DNA of 63,898 nt, the filler included, from Lama guanicoe (Eukaryota): the NCBI GenBank assembly GCA_013239625.1. It is 77 parts of 77 records of this genome, joined end to end, with 100 filler letters (N's around TTAATTAATTAA, not from the genome) between each part and the next. Parts side by side here need not be neighbours in the genome. Positions count along the whole stretch, not along the records: positions 38,045 to 38,744 come from MU054827.1; positions 38,845 to 39,430 come from PNXV01009897.1; positions 39,531 to 40,192 come from PNXV01010012.1; positions 40,293 to 41,232 come from PNXV01010014.1; positions 41,333 to 41,717 come from PNXV01010024.1; positions 41,818 to 42,437 come from PNXV01010026.1; positions 42,538 to 43,958 come from MU054838.1; positions 44,059 to 44,796 come from PNXV01010041.1; 69 more parts are not named here. One strand, written 5' to 3'. The translations under genes and the position numbers were made by a program. This document shows, piece after piece, positions 37,945 to 50,351 of the stretch. The first letter of the stretch is position 1. Every line of letters begins with the position of its first letter. Under the pieces are notes generated by a model. That model made no database searches. It saw only the letters and a program-made list of their open reading frames with translations, and was not told where the DNA came from.

Positions 37945-39099
37945 NNNNNNNNNNNNNNNNNNNNNNNNNNNNNNNNNNNNNNNNNNNNTTAATTAATTAA
38001 NNNNNNNNNNNNNNNNNNNNNNNNNNNNNNNNNNNNNNNNNNNNGAAGCACAGGGAGAAAAGCAACAAGCATCTGAACGAAACACGTAAGTGAGAAAACA
38101 CCCGTAAAAAAAGGCTTTCCCTTAAAACAGAGACCCGATGACACAGGAAGGAAGAGGAAGGCTGACTCAGTGCACTGACGGGACCGGATGCAGAAACGCA
38201 GGGAAGCAGCGCTGTGCAGACACTCCAGACCCCCTCTGGGCCCNNNNNNNNNNNNNNNNNNNNNNNNNNNNNNNNNTAGAAAGGCCCGTATTCCCTGAAA
38301 TAGAGGAATCTGCTACCTAAACATGGGACACCGAGAAGGGAAAGAGGAAAAGGAAGGGAAAGAAAAGGAACAACAGTTCATCTAGACCCTAGGGTTTAGG
38401 CGGGACTTTCACCAAACACACAACCTCTCAAAGCACAGAGCGCACAGTGAGAAGCTGACAGTGTGACTGCGACTTCTTCTCCTTAAGCACCAGCTACCTG
38501 CCAGCACACGCTGCGCCCGTTACTGAATCATTATAATCATCTCAGAAACTATTACTACCCCGGCTCACAGGCAAGGAATCTGAAACTCAGGGAGGAATTA
38601 TTATCATCCTGGACAATGTCCCACAGCCCAGAATTGTCAGAGCCTCTGGCAGACCATGGACTAAAATGCTACTCATCACCACGGGCCCTGAGCCCCAGGC
38701 TGAGGCCACGTCAGGTCTACACGGGCCCAGAGCACGAGGCTGTGNNNNNNNNNNNNNNNNNNNNNNNNNNNNNNNNNNNNNNNNNNNNTTAATTAATTAA
38801 NNNNNNNNNNNNNNNNNNNNNNNNNNNNNNNNNNNNNNNNNNNNCTCACCCCAGATGGCAGTGCTGCCAGATGACAGCAGTCAGCATTTTCAGCCCTGGA
38901 CACATGACACATGAGACAGTTCAACCCTCTACTGGTTCAGCTCCTGTAGTAAACTTTTCAGTTATTAGTAACACAAATGCTGTTAGCCACCAACATGAAA
39001 TGACTGTTTATCTTATGATGTTTCTCTTCCTGTCATTTTCTCTATTCAGTTGTAATTTTGACATACAAGCAGACAACAGGATCATACATGAAATTATTT

Positions 39100-39270
39100 T
39101 TTTTCATGTTTTTACTATCTTTCTCCCCATAGAGGGATAAGACTCATGAAAAGAAAGATAGGGTATATATCATTTATGATTTCACTTCCTGTATCCAGAA
39201 CAATGCCTGACAAATCTCAGTGTTCAATAAATGTTAGATAAATTAATGAATTAATTAGTAAATAAATGAA
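39100..39270 (+). mobile_element. L2 3' end remnant
   Basis: cagaacaatgcctgacaaat...gttcaataaatgttagataaattaatgaat. Confidence 0.6.
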
Positions 39271-39530
39271 CATTTTAATGTGAGCCCTTTCCGGGCTGTG
39301 AATTTATTTTCTGAAATCTTTTTTTTCTCCTCTGATGACACTTCTCTCCTATACACATGTAATTATATATTTAACCAGTCGCTTGCTAGTGGACTTTTTA
39401 CGCTACTATAAAAGTACTCATATGTGCATTNNNNNNNNNNNNNNNNNNNNNNNNNNNNNNNNNNNNNNNNNNNNTTAATTAATTAANNNNNNNNNNNNNN
39501 NNNNNNNNNNNNNNNNNNNNNNNNNNNNNN

Positions 39531-40192
39531 ATAGAATAAATAACACAAAATATAGAAAAAAAGAATAGAGAATATAGAATCCAGAATTTAGAACATGGAA
39601 TTCAGATCACATAATTTAGTATATAGAATACAGAATACTGAATATACTATTTAGAATATTGAATGTAGAACACAGAATATTGAATATAGAATACAGAACA
39701 CAGAATTTAGAACATGAAATGCAGAACTTAGAATTTACAATATATTATACAGAATACTGAAAATAGAATTTAGAATATTGAATGTAGAACACAGAAAATA
39801 GAATATATAATAGAGATTATAGAACCCAGAATTTAGAACATGGAAAGCAGAACACAGAATTTAGAATATAGAATACAGAATACTGAATATAGAATTTTGA
39901 ATATTGAATGTAGAACACAGAAAATAGAATATATAATAGAGATTATAGAACCCAGAATTTAGAACATGGAATGCAAAACACAGAATTTAGTATATAGGAT
40001 ACAGAATACAGAATATAGAATATAAAATATAGAATGAAGAACACAGAATATAGAATATAGAATACAGAATAAAAATTTAGGAAACAGAAAATAGAATGTA
40101 GAAAACAGAACATAGAATGTAGTAAAAAGAATATAGATTATTTAAACAGAATGCAGAATGTAGAATACAGAATATAGAATGGAGAAATCAGA
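39531..40192 (+). repeat. Heptamer satellite, family C, with 126-bp (18x7) higher-order repeat
   Basis: aatgtagaacacagaaaatagaatatataatagagattatagaacccag at 39781 and 39907. Confidence 0.97.
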
Positions 40193-41332
40193 NNNNNNNN
40201 NNNNNNNNNNNNNNNNNNNNNNNNNNNNNNNNNNNNTTAATTAATTAANNNNNNNNNNNNNNNNNNNNNNNNNNNNNNNNNNNNNNNNNNNNAGTCTGGG
40301 CTCACTGAAATCAGTCCTTCGATGTGCACCTCCTCCACCACAGGACGTGATCCTGATCTTCCCCGTCCCGAGTCTCCTCAGGGTGCGCCATCGGGGCGGC
40401 TGCAGGGGCTGAGGGCCTGGCAGTGGGCATGACTGCCCCCATCCTGCGTTCCCCAAGGCTCTCCTTCAGGGGCTGCAGCACTGGCTGATGCAGCATTCCT
40501 GTGTTTGCTGACACAACAGGCGACATTTTTCATTCACCAAGGGTAGGAAGATAAACCTCAAGAAGTCAAAGTAGAACAAAAGGCCAAGGAGAAAGGAAAA
40601 TGGTAGCAGTATTTGAAGATCAGTCCAAGTCAGATAACAAAAATAAGAGGCTTTCTGAAAGGAACACACTTTAAAAACTGAGGGGAAAAGATCATCAGAG
40701 AAATTGAGGAAATTTCCCAGCTCCGATGGACAAACTGAGGGCTACCACAGCAGACTGCAGAGGTCTCGCAGCGAGGAGCGTCCCGCACCACGAGAACACC
40801 GCTCTGGGCACACGGGCCCACCGTGCTCTGGCTAAGTCACCCTGAGGCTGTGGAGCGGGGGCCCTGCGTGCACCCTCCCTGTTCATGTTGTCATATTTTA
40901 ACTATATTTTTCCTGTAAAACACTTTAAAAACATCTTATAAATGGCACTCTGCTGTATACATCTCTTTGCAACTTGCTGTTGGGTTTTTTTAGCACTGCT
41001 TTGGGATTTATCCAAGAATGTGCATAGATCTAACACATAATACTTAACATAAAAGAATGAGTCTATTTTGTGACTAAAACATAGCTTATCCTCCTTAGCT
41101 TATCCCATCCTCCTTCAGAAGCAAGTGACTGCAATTGTTCTTTACTGTCCACAATCCTTTAATGAATGTTCACGTCCACACATGCCGTGCACAAGTGCCA
41201 GTGTGTCTCTAGGACACACACCGGAAAGGGAANNNNNNNNNNNNNNNNNNNNNNNNNNNNNNNNNNNNNNNNNNNNTTAATTAATTAANNNNNNNNNNNN
41301 NNNNNNNNNNNNNNNNNNNNNNNNNNNNNNNN

Positions 41333-41717
41333 CAGAACACAATTTAGAATATAGAATACAGAATACTGAATACAGAATGTACAATACAGAATATAGAACA
41401 CAGAATATAGAATATAGAATAAAGAATACAGAACACAGAATTTAGAACATGGAATTCAGAACACAGAATATAGAATAGTGAATACAGAAATTAAAAGTAG
41501 AATTTAGAAGGTAGAACACAGAATGTAGAATATAGAAAAAAGAATACAGAACCCAGAATTTAGAACATGGAATTCAGAGCACAGAATACAGAAAAAGAAT
41601 AGAGTATATAGAACACAGAATGTAGAATATAGAATACAGAAATAGAATGTAGAATATAGAATGTAAAACACAGTATATAGAATATAGAATAAAGAATACA
41701 GAACCCAGAATTTAGAA
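41333..41717 (+). repeat. Heptamer satellite, family C
   Basis: AGAATAT-variant units. Confidence 0.97.
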
Positions 41718-41817
41718 NNNNNNNNNNNNNNNNNNNNNNNNNNNNNNNNNNNNNNNNNNNNTTAATTAATTAANNNNNNNNNNNNNNNNNNNNNNNNNNN
41801 NNNNNNNNNNNNNNNNN

Positions 41818-42437
41818 TTCTGTATTCTATATTATATATTATGTGTTCTGCATTCCATGTTCTATATTCAGTGTTCTATATTCTGTTTTCCATATTTTAT
41901 ATTCTGTGTTCTTCATTCTATATTCTGTATTCTATAATCTGCATTCGAATTCTACATGCTTTATTCTGTGTTCTAGATTCTATATTGTAATTTCTATATT
42001 CAGTATTATGTATCGTATATTCTAAATTCTGTGCTCTGCATTCAATGTTCTAAATTCTTGGTTCTGTATTCATAATTTCTATATTCAGTATTATGTATCG
42101 TATATTCTAAATTCTGTGCTCTGCATTCAATGTTCTAAATTCTTGGTTCTGTATTCTGTTATCCATATTCTATATTCTGTGTTCTTCATTCTATATTGTG
42201 AATTCTATATTCTGAAATCCGTTTTCTATATTCTATATTTTGTGTTCTTCATTCTATATTCTAAATCCTATATTCAGTATTCTGTATTCTATATTTTAAA
42301 TTCAGTGTTCTACATTCCATGTTCTAAATTCTGGGTTCTATATTCTCTATTCTATTTTCTATATTCTGTGTTCTACACTCCATACTCGAAATTCTATATT
42401 CAGTATTCTGTAATGTATATTCTAAATTCTGTGTTCT
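41818..42437 (-). repeat. Heptamer satellite, family C, with an 85-bp local duplication
   Basis: cagtattatgtatcgtatattctaaattctgtgctctgc at 42001 and 42086. Confidence 0.96.
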
Positions 42438-44058
42438 NNNNNNNNNNNNNNNNNNNNNNNNNNNNNNNNNNNNNNNNNNNNTTAATTAATTAANNNNNNN
42501 NNNNNNNNNNNNNNNNNNNNNNNNNNNNNNNNNNNNNACAGAATTTTTTTAGAGACTCCACTCAGATTTAAGATGGGGAAAAAAATCCATTTTTCACAGG
42601 AAACCTTGAGAACTATGTAAACCGGATCTGAGTTGTCTAGTCTTTAACATTATTCATGAATTCNNNNNNNNNNNNNNNNNNNNNNNNNNNNNNNNNNNNN
42701 NNNNNNNNNNNNNNNNNNNNNNNNNNNNNNNNNNNNNNNNNNNNNNNNNNNNNNNNNNNNNNNNNNNNNNNNNNNNNNNNNNNNNNNNNNNNNNNNNNNN
42801 NNNNNNNNNNNNNNNNNNNNNNNNNNNNNNNNNNNNNNNNNNNNNNNNNNNNNNNNNNNNNNNNNNNNNNNNNNNNNNNNNNNNNNNNNNNNNNNNNNNN
42901 NNNNNNNNNNNNNNNNNNNNNNNNNNNNNNNNNNNNNNNNNNNNNNNNNNNNNNNNNNNNNNNNNNNNNNNNNNNNNNNNNNNNNNNNTTTTGCGATTGA
43001 CAAAGGAATCTGAGATATCAATTCAAGGGAGACTGTTAAATAATCAAGTCTGTCAGGTCTTCACCTCAAAAAACAGATACTATAAATTCCTGATGTAGGA
43101 TGAGGCTGCCACCACAAAATGACTCAGTTAGAAATTAAAATCCAAGATGAAACAGCGGATACACGTAAATATTCATGACTGTCAACTCCGCTTATGGGTC
43201 TGGGCCCTTCAATGCCTGAACGGGGATCAAATCCCCACCCATGTCTGGGAGGGAAGCGCGGCTCTTCCGGGTCTCACCCAGGCTTCACGGGCTGTTTCCC
43301 CCAACAGAGTGTCCTCAACGATTAAAAAACTGTCAAGAATTTTACACCATGCAAATCTGAAAGACATTTCTGCAGANNNNNNNNNNNNNNNNNNNNNNNN
43401 NNNNNNNNNNNNNNNNNNNNNNNNNNNNNNNNNNNNNNNNNNNNNNNNNNNNNNNNNNNNNNNNNNNNNNNNNNNNNNNNNNNNNNNNNNNNNNNNNNNN
43501 NNNNNNNNNNNNNNNNNNNNNNNNNNNNNNNNNNNNNNNNNNNNNNNNNNNNNNNNNNNNNNNNNNNNNNNNNNNNNNNNNNNNNNNNNNNNNNNNNNNN
43601 NNNNNNNNNNNNNNNNNNNNNNNNNNNNNNNNNNNNNNNNNNNNNNNNNNNNNNNNNNNNNNNNNNNNNNNNNNNNNNNNNNNNNNNNNNNNNNNNNNNN
43701 NNNNNNNNNNNNNNNNNNNNNNNNNNNNNNNNNNNNNNNNNNNNNNNNNNNNNNNNNNNNNNNNNNNNNNNNNNNNNNNNNNNNNNNNNNNNNNNNNNNN
43801 NNNNNNNNNNNNNNNNNNNNNNNNNNNNNNNNNNNNNNNNNNNNNNNNNNNNNNNNNTAAACTTTATGGTGGTAAATACTATCAAAAAGAGTAGAGTGGA
43901 ATTTAAGGAGTGGGATTTCAAAGGGAAAAGGGTGGGTTGAGCAGTCACCGTGGACTTCNNNNNNNNNNNNNNNNNNNNNNNNNNNNNNNNNNNNNNNNNN
44001 NNTTAATTAATTAANNNNNNNNNNNNNNNNNNNNNNNNNNNNNNNNNNNNNNNNNNNN

Positions 44059-44796
44059 CTCACTTTGTAACTTGTCATTTAAAATTGGAAGTATTAAGTA
44101 CTTATTCTAATCATTTCTAATTTCTAGAATCATTTCTAATCTGTTTTTAAAAATTTGTTTCCAATATTATCAAAATGGTCATAGCTAAGTAGTATAGGTG
44201 GGGAGACAGATGGAGAGAGAGTATGGCTCATTTACAAACTGTAAGCAGTTTCATGGCTGCCTTTAGGCTGGAGAGGCCACAGAAGAACCCAGGTTAGACC
44301 AGGGGTGGCTTTGTATGCACTTGAAAGACAGCTTTCCTGCCTTTATTGTGAAGCCTGGTGGGCGTGGCAGGTAGATGATCAAGGTCCGATGAAGGTCATT
44401 GGCTGCACAGATCGCTGTGTCTGTGAGAAGTCTGTGAGAAGGCCACTGCCATGGGAAATGCTTGGTGCCAGGAACACTGCAGGGGAGCTGGGGAGCCTGT
44501 GTGTTAAGGATTTTCCAGTCCTGGGAGTGGGAGATCAGGCTCTGCATTCAGATCTGTTTGAATTCATCCTCTCTTTTTTACTGGTCCTCTGACTTTTATC
44601 AAGTTATATACCCTCTTTGAACTCCTGTTTTCTTGTCTCTAAAAACAGGAAAATTACAGCCTGCTGCTAGAGTGTTTGTTCAGGGTAAATGATTTGTGTC
44701 TATAAGATGCCATGTACAATCACAAGCTCAGTGAGAAATGGGCTGTTGCTACTTCTGCAACTCAGTGCTTGACAAGACATCGGGGGAAAGCCATTT
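44059..44796 (+). repeat. Low-copy duplicated unit overlapping 46036-46157 (5' part) and 9303-9700 (3' part)
   Basis: ctcactttgtaactt.tcatttaaa...caaaatggtcatagctaagtagtataggtgg is shared with 46036-46157; 44405-44790 is shared with 9303-9700. Confidence 0.9.
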
Positions 44797-44896
44797 NNNN
44801 NNNNNNNNNNNNNNNNNNNNNNNNNNNNNNNNNNNNNNNNTTAATTAATTAANNNNNNNNNNNNNNNNNNNNNNNNNNNNNNNNNNNNNNNNNNNN

Positions 44897-45250
44897 ATTT
44901 GCCAATATGATGAGCAAAATTGCTTTTTCATTGTTTTAGTTTGCACTTGATCGCCAGTGATGTATTAAGCATTTTTCACTCATTAGCCATTTGACTTTTA
45001 AAAAGTGAATGATCCCTTTTGTCCTTTGCACACATTTAAGTGAGGGAGCTTCTTGTTGCTTTGTGACAGCTCTTTGTTTGTTATGAACATTAACCCCATG
45101 TCTTCATCAACATGTATCACAGAGCTTTTTCTTGTAATTTCTAGCCTTTCATTTTGTTCAGTAGGTTCATTTTTATTGTGGCCCAAACTAATCTTAAGGT
45201 AGTAATTGTCTTCTTTTTGGGTTTTATCCTTGATATTATTCTTAGAAATA
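44897..45250 (-). mobile_element. Old L1M fragment
   Basis: tttgccaatatgatgagcaaaa...cattgttttagtttgcac...aagcatttttca...tagccatttg. Confidence 0.6.
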
Positions 45251-46257
45251 CTTTCTTATAATGTTATAAAGCTCTTGTGTAGATATTTTTAATCTCTAAT
45301 TTGGAGATGATAATGGTACTTGTTATACTCAGGAGAAGTTGAATTAATATGAGCAAAGGATTGTATTTGCTGTTACTAGTACTTTCTAATATTTACATCA
45401 CTATCTGGAATTTTTCTTGTTGTCATAATGACTGGAATAGAATTTGTTTTTTCCAGGGNNNNNNNNNNNNNNNNNNNNNNNNNNNNNNNNNNNNNNNNNN
45501 NNNNNNNNNNNNNNNNNNNNNNNNNNNNNNNNNNNNNNNNNNNNNNNNNNNNNNNNNNNNNNNNNNNNNNNNNNNNNNNNNNNNNNNNNNNNNNNNNNNN
45601 NNNNNNNNNNNNNNNNNNNNNNNNNNNNNNNNNNNNNNNNNNNNNNNNNNNNNNNNNNNNNNNNNNNNNNNNNNNNNNNNNNNNNNNNNNNNNNNNNNNN
45701 NNNNNNNNNNNNNNNNNNNNNNNNNNNNNNNNNNNNNNNNNNNNNNNNNNNNNNNNNNNNNNNNNNNNNNNNNNNNNNNNNNNNNNNNNNNNNNNNNNNN
45801 NNNNNNNNNNNNNNNNNNNNNNNNNNNNNNNNNNNNNNNNNNNNNNNNNNNNNNNNNNNNNNNNNNNNNNNNNNNNNNNNNNNNNNNNNNNNNNNNNNNN
45901 NNNNNNNNNNNNNNNNNNNNNNNNNNNNNNNNNNNNNNNNNNNNNTTTGTTAATTTTGTAAGTGAGAATTTTTTGCTCTTATGTTTTTTAACTGTTAAAA
46001 CTGACACCTAGGAAGGCAGATTCGGTTTGTGAATACTCACTTTGTAACTTCTCATTTAAACTTGCAAGTATTAAATACTTGTTACAGAATCCTTTCTTTT
46101 CTGTTTTAAAAAATTTGTAAGATTCTCAAAATGGTCATAGCTAAGTAGTATAGGTGGNNNNNNNNNNNNNNNNNNNNNNNNNNNNNNNNNNNNNNNNNNN
46201 NTTAATTAATTAANNNNNNNNNNNNNNNNNNNNNNNNNNNNNNNNNNNNNNNNNNNN

Positions 46258-47478
46258 CGGACTTCCCCGTACTGGGAACAACTGTGACTGAAGAGAGCTG
46301 CGTGGAATTGTCCCTCGAGCTCCCACACGCACTCACAATTTTTCCGGAATCCTGATCGTGGGGAGGATCCACCAACGGTCGGCAGCGCGTGGGTTCTTAT
46401 GGAAAGCCTAAGCTCGTCTCCCCTGAGGGTTTTCCTAATGTCTCTGTGCCAGGGAATGCNNNNNNNNNNNNNNNNNNNNNNNNNNNNNNNNNNNNNNNNN
46501 NNNNNNNNNNNNNNNNNNNNNNNNNNNNNNNNNNNNNNNNNNNNNNNNNNNNNNNNNNNNNNNNNNNNNNNNNNNNNNNNNNNNNNNNNNNNNNNNNNNN
46601 NNNNNNNNNNNNNNNNNNNNNNNNNNNNNNNNNNNNNNNNNNNNNNNNNNNNNNNNNNNNNNNNNNNNNNNNNNNNNNNNNNNNNNNNNNNNNNNNNNNN
46701 NNNNNNNNNNNNNNNNNNNNNNNNNNNNNNNNNNNNNNNNNNNNNNNNNNNNNNNNNNNNNNNNNNNNNNNNNNNNNNNNNNNNNNNNNNNNNNNNNNNN
46801 NNNNNNNNNNNNNNNNNNNNNNNNNNNNNNNNNNNNNNNNNNNNNNNNNNNNNNNNNNNNNNNNNNNNNNNNNNNNNNNNNNNNNNNNNNNNNNNNNNNN
46901 NNNNNNNNNNNNNNNNNNNNNNNNNNNNNNNNNNNNNNNNNNNNNNNNNNNNNNNNNNNNNNNNNNNNNNNNNNNNNNNNNNNNNNNNNNNNNNNNNNNN
47001 NNNNNNNNNNNNNNNNNNNNNNNNNNNNNNNNNNNNNNNNNNNNNNNNNNNNNNNNNNNNNNNNNNNNNNNNNNNNNNNNNNNNNNNNNNNNNNNNNNNN
47101 NNNNNNNNNNNNNNNNNNNNNNNNNNNNNNNNNNNNNNNNNNNNNNNNNNNNNNNNNNNNNNNNNNNNNNNNNNNNNNNNNNNNNNNNNNNNNNNNNNNN
47201 NNNNNNNNNNNNNNNNNNNNNNNNNNNNNNNNNNNNNNNNNNNNNNNNNNNNNNNNNNNNNNNNNNNNNNNNNNNNNNNNNNNNNNNNNNNNNNNNNNNN
47301 NNNNNNNNNNNNNNNNNNNNNNNNNNNNNNNNTCTCTCGAGCTCCCCCACGCACTGACAATGGTTCCGGAATACTGAGCGTGGGGAGGTTCCACCAACGG
47401 TCGGCAGCACATGGGTTCTAACCGAAAGCCTAAGCTCGCTTCCCTGAGGATTTTCCTAATATCTCTGTGCCAGGGAAT
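46258..47478 (+). repeat. ~266-bp satellite, family B variant (B'), two ends across a gap
   Basis: Same monomer as 18796-19601, with diagnostic ctcgagctccc, cgcact, gaaagcctaagctcg and cctaat on both sides of the gap. Confidence 0.93.
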
Positions 47479-47578
47479 NNNNNNNNNNNNNNNNNNNNNN
47501 NNNNNNNNNNNNNNNNNNNNNNTTAATTAATTAANNNNNNNNNNNNNNNNNNNNNNNNNNNNNNNNNNNNNNNNNNNN

Positions 47579-47913
47579 AAAGAAGTTGTGGTATATTTAT
47601 ACGATGGAATACTACTCAGCCATAAAATGAATGAAATAATGCTATTTGCAGCAACATGGAAGGAGCTAGAGATCATCATTTTAAGTGAAGTAAGCCAGAA
47701 AGAGAAAGAAAAATACCATATGATATCACTCATATGTGGATTCAACAAAAGAAAGAAAGAAAGAACAGAACAAGACACTAATGAACTCATCTACAAAACA
47801 GAAACAGACTCACAGACATAATAAACAATCTTATGGTTACCAGGGGAAAAGAGGTGGTAAGGGATAAATTTGGGGAGTTTGAGATTAGCAAATGTTAGCC
47901 ACTATATATAAAA
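47579..47913 (+). mobile_element. LINE-1 ORF2 C-terminus and 3'UTR
   Basis: atggaatactactcagccataaaa...tttgcagcaacatgga...ctaga...agtgaagtaagccagaaagagaaagaaaaataccatatgatatcact. Confidence 0.95.
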
Positions 47914-48152
47914 NNNNNNNNNNNNNNNNNNNNNNNNNNNNNNNNNNNNNNNNNNNNNNNNNNNNNNNNNNNNNNNNNNNNNNNNNNNNNNNNNNNNNNN
48001 NNNNNNNNNNNNNNNNNNNNNNNNNNNNNNNNNNNNNNNNNNNNNNNNNNNNNNNNNNNNNNNNNNNNNNNNNNNNNNNNNNNNNNNNNNNNNNNNNNNN
48101 NNNNNNNNNNNNNNNNNNNNNNNNNNNNNNNNNNNNNNNNNNNNNNNNNNNN

Positions 48153-48343
48153 ACACACACACACACACACACACACACACAACCCCATTATAAAATGAGC
48201 AGAAGACGTGAATAGGCATTTTTCAAAGAGGCCACGCAGATGTCCAAGAAGCCCGTGAAAAGCTTCTCTACATCCTTTATCATCAGATATATGCAAGTGA
48301 AAACTACTATGAGACATACCTTACATCTGTCACAAAGGCTGTC
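48153..48343 (+). mobile_element. (CA)n followed by an L1 ORF2 remnant
   Basis: About 14 AC units, then aaatgagcagaagacgtgaataggcatttttcaaagag. Confidence 0.8.
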
Positions 48344-48443
48344 NNNNNNNNNNNNNNNNNNNNNNNNNNNNNNNNNNNNNNNNNNNNTTAATTAATTAAN
48401 NNNNNNNNNNNNNNNNNNNNNNNNNNNNNNNNNNNNNNNNNNN

Positions 48444-49548
48444 AGAGCATGAAATTCAGAACACAGAATATCGAATATAGAATACAGAAATAAAATGTGT
48501 AGTATAGAGGGTAGAACACAGAATACAGAATATAGAATACAGTATACAGAATATAGAATGTAGAATACAGAATGAAGAAACCAGAATTTAGAATATGGAA
48601 TGCAGAACACAATTTAGAATATAGAATACAGAATACAGAATGAAGAATNNNNNNNNNNNNNNNNNNNNNNNNNNNNNNNNNNNNNNNNNNNNNNNNNNNN
48701 NNNNNNNNNNNNNNNNNNNNNNNNNNNNNNNNNNNNNNNNNNNNNNNNNNNNNNNNNNNNNNNNNNNNNNNNNNNNNNNNNNNNNNNNNNNNNNNNNNNN
48801 NNNNNNNNNNNNNNNNNNNNNNNNNNNNNNNNNNNNNNNNNNNNNNNNNNNNNNNNNNNNNNNNNNNNNNNNNNNNNNNNNNNNNNNNNNNNNNNNNNNN
48901 NNNNNNNNNNNNNNNNNNNNNNNNNNNNNNNNNNNNNNNNNNNNNNNNNNNNNNNNNNNNNNNNNNNNNNNNNNNNNNNNNNNNNNNNNNNNNNNNNNNN
49001 NNNNNNNNNNNNNNNNNNNNNNNNNNNNNNNNNNNNNNNNNNNNNNNNNNNNNNNNNNNNNNNNNNNNNNNNNNNNNNNNNNNNNNNNNNNNNNNNNNNN
49101 NNNNNNNNNNNNNNNNNNNNNNNNNNNNNNNNNNNNNNNNNNNNNNNNNNNNNNNNNNNNNNNNNNNNNNNNNNNNNNNNNNNNNNNNNNNNNNNNNNNN
49201 NNNNNNNNNNNNNNNNNNNNNNNNNNNNNNNNNNNNNNNNNNNNNNNNNNNNNNNNNNNNNNNNNNNNNNNNNNNNNNNNNNNNNNNNNNNNNNNNNNNN
49301 NNNNNNNNNNNNNNNNNNNNNNNNNAGAATACAGAATATAGAATGTAGAACACTGAATATAGAATATAGAACACAGAATACAGAATATAGAATGAGGAAT
49401 ACAGAATGCAGAAACCAGAAATTACGACATGGAATGCAGAAAACAATTTAGAATATTGAATAGAGAATACAGAATATCAAATGTAGAACACAGAATATTG
49501 AATACAGAATACAGAACCGAGATTGTAGAACATGGAATGCAGAACACA
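48444..49548 (+). repeat. Heptamer satellite, family C (gapped)
   Basis: AGAATAT-variant units on both sides of the gap. Confidence 0.96.
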
Positions 49549-49648
49549 NNNNNNNNNNNNNNNNNNNNNNNNNNNNNNNNNNNNNNNNNNNNTTAATTAA
49601 TTAANNNNNNNNNNNNNNNNNNNNNNNNNNNNNNNNNNNNNNNNNNNN

Positions 49649-50218
49649 AGGAGTGTGCAGACCAAGCAGTGTGCACCCCCAGGAGTGTGCAGGGCAAAGA
49701 GTGTGCAGGCCCAGTAGTGTGCAGGCACAAGTGGGAGCAGCCCCAGTAGTGTGCAGATCCAGGTGTGTGCAGGCCTTGGAGTGTGCAGGCCTAGGAGGGT
49801 GCAAGCCCAGTCCAGGGCAGGTCCAGGAGTTTACAGGCCCAGGAGTGTGCAGACACCGGAGTGTGCAGAGACAGGAGTGTGCGGCCCACGGCTGTGCATA
49901 CCCAGCAGTGTGCAGGCCCAGGATTGTTCAGTCCCTGTAGTGTGCGGAACCAGGGGACGTCAGGCCCCAGAGTGTGCAGGCCCAAGAAAGGGCAGGCCCA
50001 AGGGTGTTCAGGCGCAGGAATGGGGAGTCCCATGACCATACCCACCAAGCAGAGGGCAGGCCCAGGCGTGTACATGCCTAGGAGTGTGCCGGCACAGGAG
50101 GGAGTACGCTCAGGAGTGTGCAGGCCAAGGAGTGTGCAGACCGGAGTGTGCAGGAGACAGGAGAGTGCGGGCCCAGTATTGTACAGGCCTAGGGCTGTGT
50201 ATTTCAATCCGTGTGTAG
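49649..50218 (+). repeat. 16-bp GC-rich tandem repeat (CAGGAGTGTGCAGGCC)n, family D
   Basis: gagtgtgcag recurs at about 16-bp spacing with diverged units. Confidence 0.93.
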
Positions 50219-50351
50219 NNNNNNNNNNNNNNNNNNNNNNNNNNNNNNNNNNNNNNNNNNNNTTAATTAATTAANNNNNNNNNNNNNNNNNNNNNNNNNN
50301 NNNNNNNNNNNNNNNNNNATCATAACACCTGAAAGTGTTCAAGGTACTTAC

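Noticed and set aside
40311..40526. GC-rich 71-aa ORF or possible terminal exon
   Set aside because: No recognisable homology and a weak acceptor, so the evidence is insufficient.
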